A stretch of 64,000 nucleotides of DNA from positions 53,278,174 to 53,342,173 of the forward strand of contig NC_057728.1 of assembly GCF_004010195.1 (NCBI RefSeq), in the 5' to 3' direction. Numbering within the stretch: position 1 is the stretch's first letter; each line of letters starts with the position of its first letter. Shown piece after piece: positions 49,326-61,899 of this stretch. Under the pieces are notes generated by a model. It made no database searches. It was not told the origin of the DNA and saw only the letters and a list, made by a program, of their open reading frames with translations. The position numbers and the translations under genes are program-made. Origin of the DNA: Chiloscyllium plagiosum. Its lineage: Eukaryota.

Positions 49326-51020
49326 GGTGGGCACTTCATTACTGTATGAACCAGGTTACCCATTCACTTCAAAATTATTACTGATTTAGTAATACCAGCC
49401 TCAGAGATGGGATGGAGTGGTGGCATCTCAACTCGATTTAAAGACAAGCTTTCAGTTTTAAACTCTGACTCTCCATTCCCTTTCTATCTAGCCTTTAGCC
49501 CGAATGTTATGGTTAGTTGGATATCGTACAGGCACATCAGACAGATATTCCCCTGACCCCATGTGGAAGCTGCCTACAGGGCAGCTTTTAAACTGCCAGA
49601 TCCATCTCCACTGAAACCGACAGTTTTAATTGCTGAAAGCCAGACTGTGGCTCCAGGCTCCAGTCTAATGAACTGAGTGTCTGATCCACTTAACTTAAAT
49701 CCAGATCTTTTGCTGGGTTTGGTTAATGTAAGTCTTACATTCCCTTCCCCCACACATTTGGATATGTCTGTTTCGATGTATATCTCTCAATGCTAACTCC
49801 TGATATAGGACAGTGCTCAAGCAATTCTGGAGCCTGTGAGCACAAGTATTTCCATCCAGAGAGGAATTGCAAGAGTGATCAAATCAACAATACAGCTTTA
49901 AATATTCACGTACAAATCACAGGATTCTTAATACTCTGTCTACCCAAAGCCATGGTATAAACAAAAAGCAATTTGTACCTGTTACCTTTTTAAAAAAAAA
50001 ATAAATGATTATGCATTTTGTTTGCAAAGCACTCCTTCTTGATAGGTTTTAACTTGTGTTATTTTGAACCATCAGATACGCAGAGGAGTCACACAGATTC
50101 CCATTATCTGCCTGTAGGACAGTTTGACAAAACAGTTCCAAAATAACGAGCAGTTGTTTTACTAAAATGCAGCAACTGGGAGATGCAGTGCAGTGGTCAT
50201 GATGCTAGATTAGTAACCCAGAAGAGGTGTAATGTCGCTAGACTTGTAACTACACCAGTAATCCAGAATTAATGGCGCTGGCACTAGACTAGTAATCCAA
50301 AAATAGCGATAATGTTGCTAGACTAGTAATCCAGAAGTCTAAGCAAAAAAACCCCAAAAAAGCTCTGGTTTCACATCCCATTATGGCAGTTGGTGAAATT
50401 TAGATACATTTAAATACAATGCTGGAATGCATCATCCCTTCCAAAACAACATTTTGATTTAAAGTATAAGTTTCTTTTTAAAGATTTGATATTTGTAGCA
50501 TTGCTGCATTAAGGGGTATTCACTGATTCGTTTCGTCAAATTTTTAATTGCATCTAATGGGTTTTCAAAATTGTATACAGAGGGGCTGCTGTTCACAGGA
50601 GGTGTAGGTATGGAATGTTGCATTCTGTAAATACAGCAGCCATCAAGGAAAGGAGTTCAGCAGTTTCACACTTCACCAGTTGGGTTGGGATCCATTGTTG
50701 TTTTTAACTCACATCCAGACTGGAACTATTAAATTGAATCCCCTTTCTCTGCTCTTTCTCCTGAAAACTCCTTTTTAAATAGTTATCACCTTTGCTAAAG
50801 ATGTCATACGGGCTGAGGATTAGTGGAAGATGGTAGCAGGCTACTGGACTAGTAATTCAGACGCCCAGACAAATACTCTTCAGACTGCGGTTCAAATACC
50901 ACAGTAGCAGCTTGGGGCATTTGAATCCAATGAATAAATCTGGAAAGTAAAGCTCGTCTCAGTAACTGTGATCATGACGACTGTTACCAGTCGTTGTAAA
51001 AACCCCAGCTGGTTCCCTGA

Positions 51021-51350
51021 TGGGTGACACAGTGGCTCAGTGGTTAGCACTGCTGCCTTACAGCAGCAGGGACCTGGATTCAATTCCAGCTTCAGGCGAC
51101 TTGTGGAGATGGCATATTCTCCAAATGTCTGCACAGGTTCCCTCTGCGTGTTCTGGTTTCTTCCCACAGTCCAAAAATGTGCAGGTTATGTGGATTGGCC
51201 ATGCTAAATTCCCCATAGTGTCCAGAATGTGAAGGTTAGGTGGATTAGCCATGGGGAATGCTGTGTGGGATAAGGTAGAGAGTGGATCTGGGGAGGGATG
51301 GTCTTTGGAGGGTTGGTATGTGCTGAATGGCCTGGTTCCACAGTGGAATG
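51021..51350 (+). mobile_element. HE1/V-SINE
   Basis: gtggctcagtggttagcactgctgcc head. Confidence 0.85.
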
Positions 51351-51869
51351 TTTCTAACTTCAATGTCCTTTTGGGGAGAAATCTGCAATCCTTACCTGGT
51401 CTGGCCTACATGTGACACCCACAGCAATGTGGTTGACTCATAACTGCCTTCCGAAATGGCCTGAATAAGCCATTCTATTTCAAGGGCAATTTAGGATGAG
51501 TAAAAAATGAAGGGCTTGCCAGTGATGCCCACATCTCTCAAATTAATAAAGAAAAATGTTTTTATTGGGCTGCTATGTGTCTGTCTTCAGAGTCAAGGTT
51601 CGTGCATAGTGGACTGAGCTCAATTTGAGGTGTTTCCCATAGGTATCATTTAACTTAATGAAGATTTCTTTCTGTGTTATTTTAAAATCATTAACAAATT
51701 TGAATAGTGTGCAGTAGCCATTGTATGGAAAAAAAATTATAGTTTTCTCTTTCTCCATTCTAAACAGCAACTGTTCTTGCTCCTGGTATTTACATAGTGC
51801 CTTATGTGAAATAATCCAAGAACGCTCATAAGATCAAGCAACACTTGACACTAAACATCATGTCAACTT

Positions 51870-53620
51870 ACTGTGACAGGCCCTGTTGAAAACGTGGGTA
51901 TTGAGCAACTGGGCAGTATAGTGATAGATAAAGAAGAGGTGCTAAAAAAACAGGTAGCAGTCCAAGTAGAGAAGCTCTTCTTCGGGCTCATGCCCGAAAC
52001 ATCGATTCTCCTGTTCCTTGGATGCTGCCTGACCTGCTGCACTTTTCCAGCAACACATTTTCAGCTCTGATCTCCAGCATCTGCAGTCCTCACTTTCTCC
52101 AAGTAGAGAAGTCGCCAGGCCCAGATGGGATGCACCCTTGATTGGTGAGAGACGTAAAGGGGCAAATTGCAGAGCAGTTGACAGAAGTTTTCCAGGCCTC
52201 TCTGAACACAAGATTTGCCCTGGGGGCCTGGAGGATTGCAAATGTGATATTGTTGTTTGAGACAGGGGCAAAGGATAACTCAGAAAACTCCAGACCTGCT
52301 AGCTTGATATTAATAGTGGGAAAACTGATGGAGGCCACAATATGGGATAAAACAAACATACACTTAGAGAAAAATAAGTTAATACTAGACAATCAATGTG
52401 GCTTTCTCAAAGCCAGATCATACCTGATAAATTTGATGAGGTGATACAGGCAGTGGATGAGGATAGTGCTGTATATTTGAGCTTTCAGAAAGCATTTGAT
52501 ATAGTGCCATATGGCAGGTTGGTTAACAAATTAGAAATGTTTGGGACTGATGGGTCCTTGGCAGCATGGATTATAAATTGGGTAAAAATGTAGGAAAATG
52601 AGGGTAGGCATAGCTGGAGCTTTCTCAGATTGGAGATGAGTTGAAAGCAGCATTTCCCAGAGATCAGTATTGGGGTTCTTACCTTTTCTGATTTATATGA
52701 TCAATTTGGAGATGGGTGTTGACTGCAAAATCTCTAAATTTGCAAATGATATTAAGCTACAGAGAATAGTGAATTGTGAGGATGATACTTAGCAACTTCA
52801 GAGGGACATTGTCAAGTTGGCCGAAGGAACAGACACCCAAAAGATGAATTTCAATGCAGAAGAATGTAAGATAATGCATTTTGGGAAAAGAAACACAGAG
52901 AGTCAATATAGGCCCTTTGATGGAAATGCAGGAGCAGAAAGACTGCAGGATTCATGTGCATAATTCTCTGAAAGTGGCCAAGCAAATTGAAGCAATTGTT
53001 AAGAAGTCCTGTAGGATCCTTGGGTTTATAAATAGAGGCAAACAGTATAAAAATAAGAAAGTGATGCTTAACCTCTGCAAATCATTTGGAGTATTGTGTT
53101 CAATTCAGGGCACCTTATTTAAGGAAGGATGTTAAAGTTCTAGAATGACATCAAGGAAGATTTACAAGAATGATACCAGGAGTGAGGGATTTTAGATATA
53201 AGGAAAGACTAGAGAAATGGGAGCTAGAAATAGAGAAAAGTAAAGAGGTGGCCTTACTGAGGTGTTTAAAACTATGAAAAAATTTGAAAGAGTAAAATAG
53301 GATATTCTGTTTCCACTTGCTGGTATGTTGATAACTAGAGATCACAATTTCAAGATTGTCAGCAAGAGAGCTGGGAGTTAGAAGGAGAAACTTCTTTACT
53401 GAGAGACTGTTTAGGATTTGGAATGTGCTGCCAGGGAGAGTGGTGGATGTGGATTCCAAAGGAGGTTTCAAAAGAGAGCTGGATATATAATTAAAAATGA
53501 TGAATTTAGAGGCCTACTGGAGATGGAGCCGGAGAATGGGCCTAGCTGGTAACTCTTTCAGGAGCCAGTACAGGGGCATGATTGTCAAATGGTGTCGTCC
53601 TGCACTGCAAAGTTCCATGA
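51870..53620 (+). mobile_element. Old CR1 LINE RT region (frameshifted), interrupted by a mini-element at 51975-52100
   Basis: WRIANVILLF...NSRPASLILIVGKLME; YLSFQKAFDIVPYGRL. TSD tccaagtagagaag at 51961-51974 and 52098-52111 flanks the insert. Confidence 0.85.
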
Positions 53621-53662
53621 TTCTGGATGACAAGAGGCTTTTTCAAAGAGGTAAGTTTTAAT

Positions 53663-54075
53663 GAGCTGGAAATGTGTTGCTGGAAAAGCGCAGCAGGTCA
53701 GGCAGCATCCAGGGAACAGGAGAATCGACGTTTCGGGCATAAGCCCTTCTTCAGGAATGGGGAAAGTTTGTCCAGCAGGCTAAGATAAAAGGTAGGGAGG
53801 AGGGACTTGGGAGAGGGGCGTCGGAAATGTGATAGGTGGAAAGAGGTCAAGGTGAGGGTGATAGGTCAGACTGGGGTGGGGGCGGAGAGGTTGGGAAGAA
53901 GATCTCAGGTTAGGAAGGCGGTGCTGAATTTGATGGATTTGACTGAGACAGGGTGGGGGGAGGGGAAATGTTTCCTCATTCTCCTGTTCCCTGGATGCTG
54001 CCTGACCTGCTGCGCTTTTCCAGCAACACATTTCCAGCTCTGATCTCCAGCATCTGCAGACCTCACTTTCTCCTC
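53663..54075. mobile_element. Fold-back mini-element with about 220 bp of extra Penelope-type 3' sequence between the arms
   Basis: 53663-53724 is inverted to 53979-54040. Intact core CTGAAGA-agggcttatgccc-GAAACGTC on the - strand at about 53727-53754. TSD taagttttaatgagc at 53652-53666 and 54076-54090. Confidence 0.88.
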
Positions 54076-54944
54076 TAAGTTTTAATGAGCATCTCAAAAG
54101 GAGGAAAGAGAGATAGGAGGTCAGAGAGCTGTGTGGAGGAAAATCCAGAGTATAGGGTTCTGACAGCTGAAAGCACAGAGCCAGTTTAGACTGAAGGGAA
54201 TAGAGGGTCAATAGAAGGTCAGAATTGAAGGTGTGACGATCAGCAATCAGTATTCCTATCCCCAGCGGCTAACCACTCAAAATAATTGTGCAACGTTTAC
54301 TTTCTCAAACATTCCGAAATTCAAAACTTTCTCTTTGATTTGATTGAGAGTGGCGTGGGTCAGAATATGACCCCTGTACTGATGAGGAAATGTGAGGTAG
54401 CTTCAGTTTGTGTCAACCAATAATGTCCTCGATGTGTGCTGGCCTCTTCTCCTTTAGCTTTTTCTTAACCGACAAACTGCTGTCTCTGGATTGAAAATGG
54501 AATGAAGGATGTGCAGAGACCAAAGTTGTGACTGTCCAGCTCCATTTTGATTAAATATTTTTGGTCTTTTATTGAAATAGAGCTTATTCAAAATCAATCA
54601 CCGGTAAATAATTAACAAACAGGAATCTCTATTATGTCAGAACTGAATGGTTTGCTCAATCATAACGTGTGAATATGTCAGCAGGTATCCACCCAATTCT
54701 GTTGTACTATTTCATGGGATCTGCCCATTACTGGCAAGTCCAGCACTTTTTCACCCACCACAAATTTCCCTTGACATTGGATGGCTTACTTGGTCATTTC
54801 TGAAGACAGTTAAGAGTTACATGTCACATGTAGGCGAGACCTGGTAAGTGAAGCAGATTTCCTTCTCAACAGGGCATTAGATGGACTTTTACAAAATTTA
54901 ACATTGGTTATTATTTGGCTAGCTTTTAATTCCAGACTTGAAGT

Positions 54945-56460
54945 CATAAAGTCAGAGAGATGTACAGCACAGAAACGGACTCTTCAGTCCAACTTGTCCA
55001 TGCTGACCAGATGCCAGTCCCACCTGCCAGCACCCAGCCCATATCCCTCCAAATCATTCCGATTCATATACCCATCCAGATGCCTTTTAAATGTAGCCTC
55101 CACTACTTCCACTGGCAGCTCATTCCATATACGTACCACCCTCTGAGTGAAAAGGTTGCCCCTTAAGTCTCTTTTATATCTTTCCCCTCTCACCCGAAAC
55201 CTATGCCCTCTAATTCTGAACTCCCCAACCCCAAGGAAAATACTTTGTCTATTTATCCTATCCATGCCCCTCATAATTTTGTAAACCTCTAGTTCAAATC
55301 CTTCAACCCTGGCAACATCCTTGTAAATCTTTTCTAAACCCTTTCAAGTTTCACAACATCCTTCCTATAGGAAGGAGACCAGAATTGCACGCAATATTCC
55401 AACAGTGAACTAACCAATGTCCTGCAACATGACTTCCCAACTCCTACACTCAATACTCTGACCAATACCATACGCCGTCTTCACTATCCTATGTATCTGT
55501 GACTCCATGTTCAAGGAGCTATGAACCTGCATTCCAAGGTCTCTTTGTTCAGCAACACTCCCTAGGACCTTACCATTAAGTGTATAAGTCCTGCTAAGAT
55601 TTGCTTTCCCAAAATGTGGCACCTCTCATTTATCTGAATTAAACTCCATCTGCCACTTCTCAGCCCATTGGTCCATCTGATCAATATCCTGTTGTAATCT
55701 GAAGTCACCTTCTTTGCTGTCCACTACACCCCCAATTTTACTGTCATCTACAAACTTACTAACTATACCTGTTATGCTCACATCCAAATCATTTATATAG
55801 ATGACAAAAAGTAGTGGACCCAGCACCGATCCTTGTGGCACTCCACTGGTCACAGGCCTCCAAACTGAAAAGCAACCCTCCACCACCACCCTCTGTCTTC
55901 TACCTTTGAGCCAGTTCTGTATCCAAATGGCTAGTTGTCCCTGTATTCCATGAGATCTAACCTTGCTAATCAGTCTCCTATGGGGAACCTTGTGTAATGA
56001 CTTACTGAAGTCCATATAGATCACGTCTACCGCTCTGCCCTCATCAATCCTCTTTGCTACTTCTTCAAAAAACTCAATCAAATTTGTGAGACATGATTTC
56101 CCACACACAAAGCCATGTTGACTATCCCTAATCAGTCCTTGCCTTTTCAAATACATGTACATCCTGTTCCTCAGGATTCCCTCCAACAACTTGCCCACTA
56201 CCGACGTCAGGCTCACTGGTCTATAGTTCCCTGGCTTGTCCTTACCACCTTTCTTAACTAATGGCACCATGTTAGCCAACCTCCAGCCTTTCAGTACCTC
56301 ACCTGTGACTATCGATGATACAAATATCTCAACAAAAGGCCCAGCAATCACTTCCCTACCTTCCCACAGATTTCTAGGGTACACCTGATCAGGTCCTGGG
56401 GATTTATCCACTTTTATGTGATTCAAGACATTCAGCACTTCCTCCTCTGTAATATGGACT
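54945..56460 (-). mobile_element. CR1 LINE, 5'-truncated, with an open 285-aa RT segment
   Basis: ORF 55626-56483: KSPGPD, NYRPVSLTSVVGKLLE, DFSK, GVPQGSVLGPLLFVIYINDL, FVDD. The downstream part is frameshifted. Confidence 0.95.
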
Positions 56461-56691
56461 TTATTGAATTCAATTGCTGCCACCTACCATGGTAGGATTT
56501 GAATCCATGTTGCTAGAACATTAGCTTGGAGTTCTGGATTGCTAGCCAGAGATGATATGATTACACCACCACCTTCCCCTATTCTTGCCAATTGTAGATC
56601 ATTTGAGATAATTAAATCTAAAAAAATCTGAAGTTATATTCTCTGGAAAGGAAGATTGAAATTTTTAAAATGTTGAAGGGGATTGTTGAGT

Positions 56692-57020
56692 GGGGTGGTA
56701 CGGTGGCTCAGTGGTTAGCACTACTGCCTCACAGTGCCAGGACCCGGGTTCGATTCCAGCCTCAGGCTACTGTCTGTGTGGAGTTTGCGCAATCTCCCCA
56801 TGTCTGCGTGGGTTTCCTCTGCGTGCTCTGGTTTCCTCCTACAATCCAAAGATTTGCAGGTTAGGTGAATTGGCCATGCTAAATTGCCCATAGTGGTAGG
56901 GCATTAGTCAGGGGTAAATATAGGGGAGGGGAATGGGTCTGGGTGGGTTACTCTTCAGAGGGTCAGTGTGGACTTGTTGGGCTGAAGGGTCTATTTCCAT
57001 ACTACAGGGAATCTAATCTA
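56692..57020 (+). mobile_element. HE1/V-SINE, full length
   Basis: Canonical head with B box ggttcgattcc; tail aatctaatctaa. Confidence 0.9.
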
Positions 57021-57229
57021 AAAAGGTTTTTCTCTCAAACTGGAGTACTAAGCTTGAAGCTATAAATTTGAGATACTTATCAATTGAATTGAAATGTTAA
57101 GCTAAACCTTTATTTATTGGTTTGATTGTACTTACTTACAGTAGTGTGCAGTAAGAGTAAAGGGAAGGTTTTGAATTTCAGAATATTTGAGAGAGTAATT
57201 GTTGCATAATTATTTCAACTGATTACCAA

Positions 57230-57560
57230 TCATAGGATCCCTCCAGTGTGCAACAGGCCATTCGACCCATCAAGTCCACACTGACCCTCCAGTCAGGATC
57301 CCAGCGAATTGCACCCCTCTACCTTATCACTGTAACCCTGCATTTCTCATGGCTAATCCACCTAACTAGATCATCTCTGGACAATATGGGCAATTTAACA
57401 TGGCAAATCCACCTAACCAGATCATTCCTGGACAATATGGGCAATTTAACATGGCAAATCCACCTAAACCTGCACATCTTTGAACAGTCGCCCAAGCCTG
57501 GAATAAAACCTGGATCTCTGGTGCTGAGGCAGCAGTGCTAACCACTGAGCCACTGTGCTG
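57230..57560 (-). mobile_element. HE1/V-SINE with an internal 51-bp tandem duplication
   Basis: Units start at 57348, 57399 and 57450 (partial). Confidence 0.8.
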
Positions 57561-59944
57561 CCTCACTATTGGAGACAGTAATATCATAAGCAAGAATCAG
57601 AGGCAGGAAAGTGTGGACAAGATTTACATGAATGATTCCAGAAAGTTGTGGATATACACATTGGGAAAGGAATGACTGGGCTGGGTTCCTTTTCTCTGGA
57701 AAAATGGTGACTAAGGGCTGACCTAATAGAGTATGAAATGTTTTGATAAACTGGATAAGGAGAGAGTCATCCAAATATCTGGTCTCCAGATCATGAAAGA
57801 CCATACTTACAACGAATGATGTGCAGTGGGCCCCACTGGAGGTCCCAATGCTCTGAAATCCATGAGAATTATCCAGAAAATTTGATTTTCTGATGGGCAA
57901 TTTCCAAGATCTTCCATCGAGGTCTTTGACCCTAAGCTAGAGTCTGAGACTTCCAACAGTTCTGACTCAGTTATTTCTGTTACCCACGAAATGCTTTACA
58001 GGAAAACCTTAGCCTAACATCCAGAACTGAGGTCCCAAACCACTATCCTAAACATCTGCCATTCCCCCTCCAACCCAATTTGGCTACCTATCACAACCAC
58101 AGTACACTCCTATACCGTCTACACCCGACAACTCCCCACTACCTGACTGCTTCCCCTACCTAATTTAACTAGTCCCTGACCTATTTATAAGCCTACCCAT
58201 CCCACCCCCATTCACCTTTTCATACCTGAATGGACTCCTGTGACCCATTCTGATCCTTGTCTGCCACTCCCCTAACCTAATTTGACTATCTGTTCAAACT
58301 GCAAGTTCCCCCACCTTTCCCTTTCACAACTAGACCTGACTAGTTCCTGACCAACCCACCCATCTACCACCTTAACCTGCCCATCCTATTCACTTATGTT
58401 ACCCACTGAAACCATTCACTTGTTCCTCCACTCACCCATTCACTGGCATTCAGATTGGACAGTGCCAGAGAAAGGAGGGGTTGCTTGTCTTTCCCCTGAA
58501 TCTATAATATTATGATGGAGTTTTGCATGAAACTGTGGACTATTCATCTCTGAAGATATCTTCCAAGATTCAGGGAAGACAGTGATTTCCAATGCTTGTA
58601 AATCTGAGCAAGTACGTCCTCATGTGGGGAAGACCATAGCCAGAGGCCATCATACAAGCTCAGTCAACAATAAATCCAATTGGGAAGACAGAAGAAGTTT
58701 CTCTACCCAAAGAGTGGTGAGAATGTGGAACTTGCTACACAGGGATTGATGAAGTGAACGATACAGATGCATTTAAGGGGTAAATGTAGGGGTATGGTGG
58801 GTTGCGCATTGGCGGGGCGGTGTGGACTTGTTGGGCCGAAGGGCCTGTTTCCACACTGTAAGTAATCTAATCTAATCAATTTAAGAGGAAGCTGGCCAAA
58901 TGACCTGCTTCTATGGTGAACTATGTAAATGCAATGAGGAATTCAGGTGAAACTTTGCTGTTCAAAGAGTGGTTACCAACCCGAGGAGTAGTTAAGGTGT
59001 TAAATGTGTGCATTTGAAGGAAAGTTAATTAATTACATAAAAATGAAAGAGATAGGAAGATATGCCAAATACGTGGGAGGAGCTTTATGTGAGGTATAAG
59101 CACTGACATTATTTTCTAATTCATTCTTATGATGTGGTCGTCACTGGTAAGTCTAACATTTATTGCCATCCTGAATTGCCTGTGAACCTAATGGCTTGTT
59201 TGGCCACAGCCAAGTTGTTCCAAAGGCCTATTTCTGTGCAGGAAGGTTTATTTTGTGCATTCAATGTTTTGTGCCTTCAATTAAACTACATGTGTCTGTC
59301 AGTAATCTACTCGACCTCCAATCCTGGGGCTATGTTATCAGAGCATCTGTACAACATTAAGTGAATTACATGTTGCCATAAGAGGAACAATTTGCATTGG
59401 GACATGAGCTTTGCCTGTTTTAAGTTCCAAAGAGAAAAAGAATGGTGGGGGCTGGGAAGAGACGCTAATTTGGTTCTTCAGATGAACAATTTTTTAATGA
59501 ATATATACTCAGCAAAAGTGTTAGAGTGAGAGCAGCCACACGGCAGGACTCAAACAAATATTCATTTCCAGCTCTGTGCACCAGCAAGTTACAAGGGACT
59601 GTTAGCAGTGCCTGTAGCTAAAATAAATCAACTAATTCCAGTGATGTGTATCGTGAAATCAGATGTGGAGAAAATTGAAGCTGCAGAATTAGAATGCCTG
59701 AGGATGTAATTTATTCCATTGCCTAATCTCCCCATTCACATTGTTGAATAAATACCAATATCCTTCCTCCACACAAGGCTCTGAATTTCCTGTAACTGAA
59801 TGGCATTGTTTTGGTGTAAGAGCAACTTTTACATTAAAATAATCGGTCATCAGCAATCCTGTTTAAACCCTCTGCTGCTTCTTTACATTGTTGATCCCTT
59901 TATGTTGCTAATGCACATTTGGGACTTATGAGGAAGATGTTTGG

Positions 59945-61190
59945 GAAATCACATCTCACAAACTTGATCGAGTTTTTTGAAGAAGTAACAAAGAGGATTG
60001 ATGAGGGCAGAGCGGTGGACATGATCTATGTGGACTTCAGTAAGGTATTCGACAAGGTTTCCCCTTGGAAGACGGGTGAACAAGGTTAGACCTCATGGAA
60101 TACAGGGAGAACTTGCCATTTGGACACAGAACTGGCAAGTTCACTGACAGAGGGTGGTGGTGGAGGGTTGGTTTTCAGTTTGGAGGCCTGTGACCAGTGG
60201 AGTGCCACAAGGATCGGTGTTAGGTCCACTTTTTTTTGTCATTTATATAAATGATTTGGATGCGAGCATAAGAGGTATAGTGAGTAAGTTTGCAGATGAC
60301 ACAAAAATTGGAGGTGTAGTGGACAGCGAAGAAGGTGACCTCAGATTACAACGGGATCTTGACCAGATGGGCCAATGGGCTGAAAAGTAGAAGATGGAGT
60401 TAAATTCATATAAATGTAAAGTGTTGCATTTTGGGACAGCACATCTTAGCAGGACTTATACACTTAATGGTAAGGTCCGAGGGAGTGTTGCTGAACAAAG
60501 AGACCTTGAAAGTGGAGCCGCAGCAGGATAGGATTGTGAAGGAGGTGTTTGGTATGCTTTCCTTTATTGGTCAGAATAATGAGTATAGGAGTTGGGAGGT
60601 CATGTTGTGGCTGTACAGGACATTGGTTAGGCCATTGTTGGAATATTGCATGCAATTCCGGTCTCCTTCCTGTCAGAAAGATGTTGTGAAACTTGAAAGG
60701 GTTCAGAAAAGATTGACAAGGATGTTGCCAGGGTTGGAAGAGTTGAACTATAAGGAGAAGCTGAACAGGCTGGGACTGTTTTCCCTGGAGCGTCGGAGGC
60801 TGAGGGGTGACCTTATAGAGGTTTACAAAATCATGAGCGTTATGGATAGGATAAATAGACAAAGTCTTTTCCCTTGGGTGGGGGAGTCCAGAACTCGAGG
60901 GCATAGGTTTAGGGTGAGAGGGGAAAGATATCAATGAGACCTAAGGGGCAACTTTTTCACACAGAGAGTGGTACATGTATAGAATGAGCTGCCAGAGGAA
61001 GTGATGGAGGCTAGTAAAATTGCAACATTTAATAGGCATTTGGATGGGTACACGAATAGGAAGGGTTTGGAGGGATATGGGCCAGGTGCTGGCAGGTGGG
61101 ACTAGTTTGGGTTGGGATATCTGGTTGACACGGACGGGCTGGACCAAAGGGTCTTCTTCCATGCTGTACATCTTTATGACTCTATGACTG
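59945..61190 (+). mobile_element. CR1 LINE, 5'-truncated (RT to 3' tail)
   Basis: SGVPQGSVLGPLFFVIYINDLD...KFADDTKIGG; same family as 54945-56460; tail tatgactctatgact. Confidence 0.95.
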
Positions 61191-61786
61191 TACATATCTT
61201 GCATTGGTGGATGCAAGTGATTCCATGCTAATGCTTCAATAAAGAGCAGGAGGGCTTTCCTCCATAGTTTCCCAGCCAACACTGATCCCTTATCCCAACA
61301 ACACGAAAGAAAAGGCTGAATTATCTAGTCTAAATCACATCGTAGTTCAGTCCGTAAGATATAGGAGCAGAATTAGGCCATTTGGCCCATCGAGTCTGCT
61401 CCACCATTTGATCATGATCTGTGAGAGCTTGCTCTTCATAAATTGTCTGCCTCAGTTCCTGCATTCCTGAACTCAGTTGATGCATTCAAGAGGACATTGG
61501 ATGATTATTTAAACAGAAATAACATGCAGGATTATGGGAAATTGGTAGGGAGCCAGTATAATAGACATTATGGGCCGAATAGCCTTCTTTTGCCCCTTAG
61601 CAATTCTATGATTACCAGGTATCTGCATTTCAAAACAATACTTCATTTTGTGTCAGCCTAGAATAAAGGCTGGAATCAGCAATTGTCTCTTTGAGGCGAG
61701 AGAACTACCACTTAAGCTGATGTAAGTTTTAAAAATGGGGTGCAGACATCCAAAAGTGACTTCTTTCAATTTTTCTTCTAAAACAG

Positions 61787-61899
61787 GTCTAACCACAGTG
61801 CCCAAGGACATTCCCAAAGATACTACACTGCTGGACCTGCAAAACAACAAGATCACAGAGATAAAAGAAAATGACTTCAAGAATCTAAGAAACCTTAAT
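61787..61899 (+). CDS. DCN: Decorin, second coding exon (first leucine-rich repeats), 113 nt
   Basis: Acceptor ttttcttctaaaacag ends at 61786. Phase 1 matches the upstream exon (G+GT=Gly). Encodes [37 protein letters not shown]; the QNNKITEIK motif is decorin-like rather than biglycan-like (QNNDISEL). Donor aat|gtaagc at 61899/61900. Confidence 0.95.

Larger units (their letters stand above)
34266..61786 (+). other. DCN: DCN intron between the first two coding exons (27,521 bp, GT-AG)
   Basis: Phase-compatible GT donor and AG acceptor. The two exons join into continuous decorin sequence (CSDLG-LTTVP). Confidence 0.9.

Noticed and set aside
55626..56483. Longest ORF (285 aa) as a host gene or active RT
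   Set aside because: It is a fragment of CR1 ORF2 lacking the endonuclease, with frameshifts downstream.
56692..56760. tRNA genes at SINE heads
   Set aside because: The tRNA-like A/B boxes continue into SINE body and tail, with no convincing cloverleaf.
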